Source of the DNA: Epiperipatus broadwayi
Lineage: Eukaryota > Animalia > Onychophora
Length of the DNA: 64,000 bases
Assembly (NCBI GenBank): GCA_028023455.1
Contig: JAQFVV010000004.1
Coordinates: forward strand, 13,764,001 to 13,828,000
Direction of reading: 5' to 3'
The notes under the pieces were generated by a model. That model saw only the letters and a list, made by a program, of their open reading frames with translations, did not search any database and was not told the DNA's origin. Of this stretch, positions 26,274-37,545 are shown one piece after another (position 1 is the stretch's first letter; every line of letters starts with the position of its first letter). The translations under genes were made by a program, and so were the position numbers.

Positions 26274-26706
26274 TGAGTAGGCAATAGATAGGGATTTTAT
26301 GCACGAGCCTTCTGGCATCTATTGATTACTCTGGTTAGCACAGGTGGCACTACTGCATGGAGAGTTTGGCCTTTGTTTACAACAATTATGTGCTAGTATG
26401 AGAAGGTGATCATGTGATGTTTAGTGGTTTAAATCAGATTATGTTTTAAAATAAGATGTTAACCATTCTGACATTAGCAAACCTTTAAATATCTTAATAA
26501 CTCAAATGTACATATGTTTAAAATGACCCAACCAGTTAATGATTTGAGTTCTGGTATTATCAAACTATTTATGTCCATTTCAGATACATCAAGTAATGTT
26601 ACAGTGTTATCATTAAATCTTCCTTATAGTAGTATTTATTTGGAATTCATATTACTATTAACTCTTCCATTTGTATTAAGTACAATATTCCAATCAGTGA
26701 AAAGTT

Positions 26707-27035
26707 ATATATATATATATAAGACATATTTTGCGGTTCATGTGTGTTAAAAAATTTAAATATTGATATACTGAGGTTTTGACTTGATCACAAAAGTCAT
26801 CCACTGGGTGATAAAAGGTTGAAAGATGATTGTAGAGGCACTACAATCACTGATTTGAAAAAAATGTTAAAGTTCCAACAATAGCAAAAATGTTAAATTA
26901 AAAATGTTTTTTAAAAACCATCTTTCTATCTTTAATCACCCAGTGGATAACTTGTGTGATCAAGTCAAAACATCAGCATATCAATACTTAAATTTTTTAA
27001 CATGGATGAAACCACAAAATATGTCTCTTATATAT
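26707..27035. repeat. Inverted repeat at the 5' side of a PLE
   Basis: 26707-26828 versus 26919-27035. Confidence 0.9.
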
Positions 27036-27099
27036 GCAACCCATGAAAATCTTCATATCAACATATATATATATCTTGATTTAGTTAAAACAATATTAT

Positions 27100-29160
27100 T
27101 CATTATCTAACATAATAATTACTGATGAAAAATGTTCATTACTAAATGAAGGTTTATCTTTTTGCCCAATAGGCCAACAATAATAACAAAGGGATGAATT
27201 TAAAATATATCAAGATTTAGATAAATTTTACTAGGCAACTCAGTTTAAAAAATTTTTTTGGAAATATTACATACAACACCATTAATAAAATGCAATCTGA
27301 TTGGACACCACCTTATTAGAGAAACATTTTACTTGGTACATATAGATAATATTTATTATTATATTATTAAAGCAATTAAATTTAAACAACATAATAAACG
27401 TAAAAGAAATTTAACATTAAATGAAAAATATGCATTAGACTACTTAGGAAAAAAGAGGACATTATTATAAAACTAGTTGACAAAGGGAGAGTAATAGTAA
27501 TTACAAACAAAGATTATTACATAAATAAAGCTTTACTCCTTTTTTTAAATGAGAAAATTTTCTATGAACCCATTATTCAAGCTACTAATAAATAAATTAT
27601 TTAAAAATGTATTTTCCACATCAACAAATATGAAAACAAGAGGCCTATTTGGCAGGGAAGTATATACTTTTTAATTATCAACCAAAAATCACTCCAGAAA
27701 ATTTTGCATTCTGTTCAAAGTCCACAAACCAGACTACCCTGATAATCCTATTGTGACAAACATGGTCTCATATTCACAATATTCCATTATCATTCAGGTC
27801 TTATGTTAAAGATACCATAAGGCTTCTACTTTAGAAAACATTAAATCTCAGTTATAAATGTTTTAAGTCACTTTAGATATTACATCACTGTATACTAATA
27901 TACTCATAATGATGGAATTGAACTGTTAACTGTGCTTTACAAAATGGTAACTATGATTAGTACCATATTATAACTAGTACTGAATTAATATATTTAACTT
28001 TAAGGAATAACTATTTTATTTTTATTTCTATTTATTATTTACAAAAACAAGGTACTGCAATGGATACAAAAGTAACATCAAATTATGCCAATATTTTTAT
28101 GGCTGGGAGTCTTCTACAATTAGAAATGCTAAGGTTAAATCTCTTACTTGACTTAGATATGTAGATGGCATCTTTATGATATGACCATATAATTAAGAAA
28201 AACTTCATAATTATTTTGATTATGTAAATAATTTTAATAAAAATATATAATTTATAATGAATTTTTGAAATAGTAGCCATTTTCTTGATACTGAATTTGT
28301 GCAGTAATAAAAATTTTAAACTTTATATATATATATATAACAAATGAATTAGCCATAGCTATCTACATTTTCAGACCAACCACCTTAAACAATTAAAGGC
28401 TAATATCTCCTACAGTTAATTTTTAAGAATTAAAAGAATTTGCTGTGATGAAAAATTTCTTCAACAAAATAACAAAGTCTCATATACAAATTTATAGATA
28501 AGAAATATTCTAAAACATTGTTGGACAAGGCATTAATAAAATCCTCAGAAATTGATAGAAAGAAACTTTTATGTAAGAAAAAAATAGCCAATTGGAAGTT
28601 CCAACATATTAAGATCCTCAAATTATATAAAATCTTTTTTTTTTCTCAGCCAATCTAAAATTCGTATTGAATACATAAAACATTTTAGACTTATAAAAAC
28701 AAATTTTATTTTTTATTATTTTTTTCTATGATAACAATTAAAATTTTATTACTAATGTTTTACCAGAAAAAAGTTTTTCATGTGACAATAAAAAATGTCT
28801 TACATGCAAACATAGATATATTACAAAATGGTCCAAGATAATATCATTAATAATTTTAAATGGCATATTCCCAACTGTCTAATATAAAACTGTAAATATA
28901 ATATATGTAATACAATATAGAAGAGGGTTAAACAATAACAGGTGTAATAGCAAACTAAATGCATACAAAAATAACTAATGAAACAGACTAGTTTCTAAAC
29001 ACTTCAGTTTATCAGATAATTCAATTGTTGATTTAAGAGTGGTCATATTGCAGAACATTTCCCCCAAAGAGAGAGAAAAAACACACAAAAAATTATTTAT
29101 TTATAAATTTAAGACCTTACATTCTTATAATATGAACATAGGCATCATTGCATCCTTGAA
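27100..29160 (+). mobile_element. Decayed near-complete PLE ORF (RT, Zn finger, GIY-YIG), Neptune-like
   Basis: LLNEGLSFCP, NLTLNEKYAL (27408), IIIKLVDKG (27479), KVHKPDYPDNPIV (27717), SYVKDT, QGTAMDTKV..NYANIFM (28048), RYVDGIF (28155), CDNKKCLTC (28781), VSKHF...DLRV...YKFKTL. Confidence 0.85.
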
Positions 29161-29317
29161 TTATCTAGTTTCTTAATTCTCTATTTTTCATTCATTCATT
29201 ATTATTTAGTATATATATATGAGAGTTAATATAAATTCATGACAATTTTTTGTATGTATATATATATATTTTACATTTTATATATAGTTTTATATTGAAA
29301 TGATATTTATATATGCT

Positions 29318-30710
29318 TCATGTATATAAGTTGAAAAATTCAAAGGAATTTTAGATTAAAAGTTTTTAACAAATTTTAATAAGTGGAAATTATATAAATA
29401 AGTATGTTCATAGATAAATGCATATAGCATTACTAATTTGAAGTTTATTTAAAAGTAATTTAAAACTAAATATTTCTTTTATTAACATTTGTAAAGATAT
29501 TTTACAATTATTTAAAAATATATTTATTGACATAATAAAATTGTACAGATGCATAATAAATACACTTTGTTAATGTTGGCTCATCCATTGCTGGTGTTGG
29601 TCTGGAAGATGTATTCCAGAGCCATTCTCTGCACTAGCAGGTTGATATATGAGTAAATACGTACTATTTTGTTGGTATTGCCCACCCCTTTTGAGGTTGA
29701 CCCAATAATGCTAACTTACCAGCTGGGATGCATGTAGTGTGAAATCAATGCCTCTCTAGTAGAATCTGACATGTTGCAACATAGACTACTTCTACGATAC
29801 CCTACAATGTGGATATATCAGGTCCAAAATTAATGTAGAGTCTGTGGAGCATACCAGTAGGCTCCATGTATTATTAAACAAAAATCTAGAGGATAGTATC
29901 TTGTCCTTGTCTTGAAGAGCTTTGAGCTTATCACAAAATCTTACAATTATGTGAGTGGAAATGGCATTATTTTAGAAAATGTAGTTAAATTCTGATAAAC
30001 ATATCAGCTAATTAAGCAGATAAAAAATGTCTGTTATTTTCATAATCACTCTCAAAGTCAAATTTTTATAAATGCTGCAACTGGACAAAAAAGTTGTGAA
30101 TTGTAATTAAATTTAACAGTTTTTGTGCTCATTATGCCTCGATTTTACATTAACTATGCATTCATTATACTATTGTGCCTTGTGTGAAAATATCATGGCA
30201 GAGTAGAGAAACCATCATCTGCTCCACTCTGCCAAGCTAGCAGAGTGCAAGTCAAAAGTCCATAGGGAAGTACGGAGAAGAAGCTGTCAAATAATATAGA
30301 TACCTCTTCTGAAGCATTATGTCCAGTATCTGTGAACTATATGCTGCCTAAGCTTCAATATTGTCTATTGTTTTAGAGAGAATCATCAATCAACAAGGAA
30401 AAACCCATCCAATGCTGACCATTAAACAAATAAAGTAAGCATGTGTTAACAAAGACCACTGACATAATCAAGACCAACATAATAAAAGCTTCACCAGATA
30501 TATCTATATTTATAGAGATGAAGTCTGTTAAAAGTATATCGATAACTAAATTCAGAACTTGAATTCTTAGTGATGAAAGGGTAATGTGTATGAACTTTGA
30601 ATCTATTTTATTATAACTATCTATTACTAATATTAAATACATAATCTTTTAAATTGAAATGTATACTGAAATTATTTTATAAATTACTATTATTGATTTT
30701 GTATAAAAGT
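29318..30710. repeat. Old dispersed repeat, copy 1
   Basis: Blocks 29318-29490, 29960-30100 and 30190-30710 match 35255-35422, 36595-36730 and 36897-37390. Confidence 0.8.
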
Positions 30711-31427
30711 AGATCTGTTTATAAATTTGTCTGGCAAGGTATTGCTATTATTTATAAATCATACCATAATTCAATTGGCATAAATCTAAAGAGAAAAATA
30801 TTTTTGAAAAATTAGCTTATTAGTGCAAACCCTCCCCATTCTCTTAAAAACTTATTTTGTATGCTACAACCAGATTTAATAAAGATCAACATTTCCATTA
30901 CCTTAATTATAGAAATAATAAAAATAGTAATTTAAACATTAACATGAATAATGCAGATTGATGATCTCTGGTTATTATAATATAGACTGCATATATGGAT
31001 TTAATAAGCCAAGTAAGTTTGTTTATGTCTTTTTAATAGTTGTAAAAGTTTACAGTTTAAAGCTAAATATTCTTCAGGCTGAAGTATATGCAAGCATGGA
31101 AAAAGATAATTAAATGTCTTAAAGTTACTTAAGATAGTGATGTACTTTTATTTCTGGTTGTTTTGCCTGTGTACAATGTTATTTTATATGTGTTTTATGT
31201 ATTCATAAATGAGTGTAATATCATTTGTGTTGATTGGTCGCTTATATACATGAACTTACTTTGAGCAATAGTATACAATAGATTGACATACCTACTGTAA
31301 ATCAGATGCTTTGTTTATATAGATTTTCTTTGTGTGATATTGTTGAGTTTGCAAGTCACTCCACTTAGCACCCTTACTTCGAGCAGTAGTATATGGTAGA
31401 TGTGCATTACAACAGTATATCAGATGC

Positions 31428-31499
31428 CCTGCTTTATATATATATGTTCACAAATGAGAGTAACCTGCTTTATATATATATGTTCACAAATGAGAGTAA
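31428..31499. repeat. 36-bp tandem duplication
   Basis: cctgctttatatatatatgttcacaaatgagagtaa occurs twice. Confidence 0.9.
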
Positions 31500-32509
31500 C
31501 ACAGATTCCATTATTCTGCCTCTTAAATTTTCTTAGTTATTGTTTAGTTATATACCAGCATTACAGCCTAAAAGTATTTCTGTTAGTCCAATTCTTATAC
31601 TATAGTTTATTAAACAAATTTAGCATATCCTCAAACAGTCAGTTGAATAAGACTTAAAATCGTATCATGGCCATTTGTATTAATAATTAATAGAGATCAT
31701 TGGTCAGTGCAGTGAATTTATATCTGTTCAAAAACAATTAAAATGTATTGTACCATATATTATCTATGCATAGGGATACTAATAGAATCAATAAATCTTT
31801 AACCTATTCATTTGTATTCAAAAATTGAAAGGGCAGTTAAATAAAATATGTTATTATTTGTGTTGTAATAATGTAGATATGTAAATACATTGTAATAACC
31901 CATTATTTTTAGCATTTGTCATTATTTGCAATCAATAAGGTTAAATAAACTATGATAAAATCTCTTATATATAGCAGATTTAGCAGGCTATAAAAAGTAA
32001 AAGTATTTGATCATGTGACGTTAAAATGTGGAGATCCCATGCAAATTGGTCTTGAGTAATTTTCATGTGAGTTGTATATTTTAAACCATTGCAGGGCTCT
32101 TTTTTAATAAGTAGTGCCTCAACATGGAGGCCAATGAATAACTATAAAACATGAGATTGAAAGTCGAAGTTTGATTAATTATTGATTTAAAAATACTTGG
32201 AGATTAAAAATGCTTGGAGAACTTTATAAATAAATTCATTTTTTCTTTTTATTTGACATGTTAAAGTAGTGAAATAGATTTTTTGCGAAAAAAACAATTT
32301 ATATTATAAGTTCATTTTTGCATTTAGAATTAAATATTGATTGCAAAAATAGATGTTTGACGAGTTATTGCTAATAATGAAAAGAAAAAAAACTGTATAG
32401 ATATATCACGATACATATTAAGAATTATTTTATTGCAATAGTGAAGTTTAATATTGGCAGTACATAGATAAATTAAATTAAGCATATACATACATAACAT
32501 CTCTAATAT

Positions 32510-33798
32510 ATATATATATATGTAAATTTATAAATAAATATTAGAAAATACAGTACTTAAAAGTTTATAAAAAAAGATATCTATAAACGTCACTTAGGAG
32601 CACTTTCAACTATCCTTGTAGGTTTTGTCAACTATTATTTTGAAAGGTTAACTTTTCCATAATTCCATGATGTCAACTTTCCCATAATTCCGTGATCTTA
32701 ACATTTGCTGCTTGCCTATTGATTACATTTTTCTTGTATTTATATATTAATATAGCTTCCTTAATTTTTCTTTTAATAATATTTCTTTCAGTTTCCAATA
32801 TTTTTACGTTACTATAATTAAAATTAAAACCATATATACATGATTTATTATGATCATAAAAAATGGAAGCTGATAAATTATCACTTTTTATAATTTTGTT
32901 TTGTATTTTGAACCCTTTTTAATAATAACAAGTGCTTTTTTTTTCCAATGTGCATGTCAATTCACCTATATATACACTGCCATACCTACACATCCATTTG
33001 TAAATGATACAATTTTTATTTGTCAATAAGGTTTTATCTTTTGAGCTATTTATTAATTTATTTAATGTAGGTGGTGCATAAAATGCAATGTCACATATAC
33101 CTTTATAAATTTTCTTAATGAAACTTGCCTGTTGATTCAAAATATATGGTATCCTAATTTTTTATCAGAAGAATTAACATTATTATTAATATTATTTTTA
33201 TATTTAGAATTAAAATTTTTAAATAAATTAATAAATTTTTAAATAAATTAATAAATAGCTCAAAAGATAAAACCTTATTGACAAATTAAAAATTGTATCA
33301 TTTACAAATGGATGTGTAGGTGTGGCAGTGGATATATAGGTGAATTGACATGCACATTGGAAAAAAGAACAAAAGATCACTTGTTATTATTAAAAAGAGT
33401 TCAAAATACAAAACAAAATTATAAAAATAGTGATAATTTATCAGCTTCCATTTTTTATGACCATAATAAATCATGTATATATGGTTTTGATTTTAATTAT
33501 AGTAACAAAAAAATATTGGAAACTGAAAGAAATAATAATAGAAGAAAAATTAAGGAAGCTATGTTAATATATAAATACAAACAAGATTTAATCAATAGAC
33601 AAGCAGCAAATATTATGATCATGGAATTATGGGAAAGTTGACATCATAGAATTATGGGAAAGCTGACCTTTCAAAGTAATAGTTGACAAAAACTACAAGG
33701 ATAGTTGAAAGTGCTCCTAAGTGATGTTTATATATATATATTTTGTAAAATTTTTAAGTACTGTATTTTTTAATATTTATTTATAAATTTATATATAT
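32510..33798. mobile_element. PLE GIY-YIG 3' end as an inverted duplication
   Basis: Arms 32510-33063 and 33241-33798; CIIYKWMCRYGSVYIGELTCTLEKR...ILETERNNNRRKIKEAMLI...LINRQ; the spacer continues the minus-strand ORF (RIPYILNQQ..KD). Confidence 0.9.
33680..33719 (+). ncRNA. Minimal hammerhead with U3-A8 variant core (mirror copy 32595-32634 -)
   Basis: tag TTGACAA A aacta-caagga-tagtt GAAA gtgc TC cta. Confidence 0.6.
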
Positions 33799-34089
33799 TA
33801 TTTTGAAGAAATACAGACATCACTTTGTAATATTATTTATATATATAAGACCATTTTTAATTGGACATAATGGAAAGTTTAATAATAGGCACAAGGCAAT
33901 ACCAACAAAGGATGTAATGTGGGTGGCAGATGAACAGCTTTAGTATGGAACAGCATGTACTCATATTAAGGCATGGTGAGTGGATAATCAATGCATAAGA
34001 TTAATAGTCAAAAGTTATTATAGAAAGCAAAAATTTAAGTTTGGTTTTAGAAAATACAGATGATTTTTTGTGATTTTTTTTTTGTTTTT

Positions 34090-34850
34090 AATATGGAGAC
34101 TGAAAAGCTCACAGGTATGCAAATGCTTGTCAGTAAGATCATACAATGTCAGCAAGTAATGATACAAGAGATTAAACAAGAAATTAAAGAAGGTAAAGAA
34201 ATTAAACAGAAGTTAATAGGAAGGATAGATCAAAGTCAACAAGAGGTGAAAGAAATGATCATGCAAAGTCAATAAACAATGGAGCAAAAATTAAATCAAA
34301 GTCAACAAGAAATAAAACAGGAGTTAATAGATAGGGCATATGAAACTCTGCATGCAATAAAAGCATTAGAAAAAAAATTAGGATGAAATATTGAAGTAAA
34401 ACAAGAAATAAAGTGAGAGATAGAGAATAATGATGAAGTGTAAGTGTAGATAAAGAAAAAGAAGCAGAATGTGTAAAAAAAGTTTTCTATGAAACATAGA
34501 CCATATAAATAATAAAAGAAAAACATGATAAGTACTATCTGTACCAAAGTATAAGAAATAATTTAGGGCTTACTAAGAAATGAATAGTGAACTTTTGTGT
34601 TTAAAATGAAAATTTATGACATTCAAAGAGCAACAGAATGCAGATTTTGTCAACTATTATCATAATAGTAGTTAACTCTGTCCACATAATTAAAGAACCA
34701 ACTATTATTTTTAAGATATATAATTTTAGTAAAACCCTGAGCAGCATGATAGATTAAGGTCAAAAATTGTGGTATGAGCAAAGAGAAAATTTTTGGAAAT
34801 ATTTTCTCATCAGTAGTAAAATATATAAAACTAAGGAAAAGATGTATCAT
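34090..34850 (+). pseudogene. Possible Gag-like coiled-coil relic (LTR retrotransposon)
   Basis: Q/E/K/I heptad-rich frame (QEIKQEIKEGKEIKQKL...) continuing through stops; no diagnostic motif. Confidence 0.3.
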
Positions 34851-35879
34851 AATGTAATGTATATGGATAGTAAATTATATGTCTAGTTTGACCCAGCCAG
34901 ATAAAAATATAATTTATCATAAAATTATCAAGGACTTCTCAAAGAAACTTTGTAATACAGAAATAGATAAAAGTCTGGGTGTATTAATAAAATGTCATTA
35001 CATTACATTGACAAAATGGAAGAAAAAACACCACACAAGTCAAAAATTCAATTAGGTCTTATGTGTCAATTAAGATCAAGAGAACCAGATTTTGATATGA
35101 TTGAGAATTTTTGGGGTATTATAAATATTTTATTTTTTGTACAAACTAATTTTTGCATGTGTTTTTAAATTTTTTTACTAACCAAGTCAAGTCATTTTTT
35201 ATAGTGTTTTTTTTTGACAGACAGTACTGATATAAAGTGATATTCATATATACTTCATATATGTAAGTTGATAAATTCGAGAAAATTTTGATTAAAAGTT
35301 TTTAACAAATTTTAATAAACCGAAATTATATATATATGCATAGATAAATGTATATGACATTATTAATTTTAAGCTTATCTTAAAAGTAATTTAAATCTAT
35401 GTATTTCTTTTATTAACATTTGGGTTCTACAACTTCGGACAATCCACACTGCATGATGGTGCTGTTTCCATACAAAAGCACAATATGCCATTTACAAGGC
35501 TATTCGTATAGCTTACAGCTGGTAAACTGTTCAAACACTTGATGTTGATGAAGCCAACACTTCCACAACATTGCTATGTGTGAACATTACCATCAATGTG
35601 TTATAACAGTCTGTATAGACATTAGTATTGAATAATCAACAGCATGTCATATGAGGGTATTTGTAGTTGTAATGATGAAAAGTGTAGCAATACACAATTT
35701 CAACTTTTTAGTGTTAAACGTAGTGTAATTTGTATGAGGTACTGCAAATTGTAACATTTTGCAAACATCCCTACTTTCCTTGTTAGCTGGCCCAATTTAA
35801 TAAATGAGGAGTGTAAATCACAATTCAGCAAACTTCACATGAAAGTCAAGTGCTTTGGACGAACTTTGCAAGATCAAAA

Positions 35880-36110
35880 AAGGAAAATGGCAGTAGGAGA
35901 TTCACCATTCAAGTTGTTGGATTTGCCTGCTGCAGAAGTAGACACAGTGGCCTTCCTTCAGCCAAAAACATATTTTACTCACAGAGAAGAACTGTATTTG
36001 TGGTGGGATAATGACATTAAGGTGCTATAAAAGATATGAAATGGAATGTGAATCATGTCAATGCCATTGAAGGTCTGATCTACATAATGGGACCTGTTTT
36101 GAGTGAAATG
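35880..36110 (+). pseudogene. Possible Merlin/ISXO2-like transposase N-terminal fragment
   Basis: FKLLDLPAAEVDTVAFLQ resembles, from recall, the L.DLP..E..A..FLQ start of eukaryotic ISXO2-domain proteins; nothing diagnostic downstream. Confidence 0.3.
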
Positions 36111-36436
36111 TTTTGTTTGTGTAGATACGAAATCAAAGAAAAAATTATTTTTCTCAAAATAAAAAATGTAAATACAAAATATAAAAAATTACCCACTGAA
36201 AGTGATTTACAAAAAAAACTGAAAGGTTTTAATTAAAAAAAAGAAGAATATAAATCCAAAAAAAATGTTTTTTTTTAAAAAAAACAAAGTCATGTCTATT
36301 TGTTTACGAATTAAAAAAAAGGAAATGTTTTACAAAAATAAAAGAACAAAGTTATATCTATTTGTTTTTGAATAAATAAGAATAAAAATGTAAAAAATCT
36401 AAATCAGCCCCAGTAACGTTATATGTATTTGTTTTT

Positions 36437-36519
36437 GACTAGATCGCAGCCGCCATGCAAGCAAGTAGTTGGTTGCAGACGGGTGTGGGTTCGCGTCCCG
36501 GCAGATACTATGACATATG
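36437..36519 (+). mobile_element. tRNA-Gly-derived short SINE, copy 3 (5' deleted)
   Basis: gcagccgccatgcaagcaagtagttggttgcagacgggtgtgggttcgcgtcccggcagatactatgacatat. Confidence 0.8.
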
Positions 36520-37469
36520 AAACAGTGCTATCAAGCAGTGTGGATCATCCTAAGTTGTAGTACCAACATTTGTAAAGGCATTTTATAATTAGTTGAAGGG
36601 AAGTGGCACTATTTTAAAAAATGTATATATATCTGATGGAATTAACTCAAAGTGTCCATTATTTTGATAATCCTTTTCAAAACCAAATTATTGCTGTAAT
36701 TGGACAAATAAGCCATGAACTGTAACAAAGTTTAAGAGTCATCTCTCACTGATAGATAAATGGATTGAAATTTCTGATGATGGAAATTAATTTTGCTCAT
36801 AAGTCAACTCAAGGGATTAAAACTAGGGATTATAACATATTGTGCACATTATGCTTTGCTATTTATCTGACTGTGAATATACTGTGCTTTGTGTTAAAAT
36901 ATTATGACAAAGTAGAGAGTCTGTCATCTGCTCCAATCTTCCAAGCCTTCAGGGTGCAAGCCAAAAATCCATCAGGAAATATGGAGAAGAAACTGTCAAA
37001 TAATGTAGAAATTTCTCAAGGAGCATTGCTAAACTTCAAAAGTTGTCTATTGCTTTAGAGAGAAACTAACTGTTAATCAACAAGAAAAACACCAACCAAT
37101 GTTTCTCATTAAACAAAAAAACACACATGTTAGTAAAGACCACTGCTGTAATCAAGACCAACTTGATGGAAGCTTTGCCAGACATAGCTATGTTTGTATG
37201 TGTGGAATCCACTAAAAGTATACCAATATCCTAATTCAGAACTTGGAAGTCTTAGTAATAAAAGGGTAATGTGTATGAACTTTAAATACATATAATAACT
37301 GTCGATTACTAATCTCAGATATTTAATTTTTTATATTTAATTTTTACTGAAATTATTTTATAAATTATTATTAGTGATTTTTTGTAAAGTGCTGAACATA
37401 TTGAAATTATTGGAGCTCAACTTCTGATCTAATAATTTTTATCTCATAAAAGAAAACTGCATACAAAGA

Positions 37470-37543
37470 TATTAAGAAGAAACATGAATCTCATAACTCC
37501 AAAATCGCATTTAAAAAATCCGCATAAAACGAGACCCGGGTGT
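37470..37543. mobile_element. Right end of the same MITE as 1949-2965
   Basis: aagaagaaacatgaatc...gcataaaacgagacccgggtg followed by TA. Confidence 0.75.
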
Positions 37544-37545
37544 AT

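Larger units (their letters stand above)
25650..26430 (+). mobile_element. Retrozyme-like family A, locus 2 (inverted 270-bp arm, 453-nt monomer, partial repeat)
   Basis: 25650-25919 is the reverse complement of 26110-26377; tttacaacaattatgtgctag at 25923 and 26376; perfect 12-bp TSD aaatcagattat at 25638-25649 and 26431-26442. Confidence 0.9.
35255..37390. repeat. Old dispersed repeat, copy 2, with internal insertions
   Basis: See copy 1; extra sequence at about 35830-36520 includes a SINE. Confidence 0.75.
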
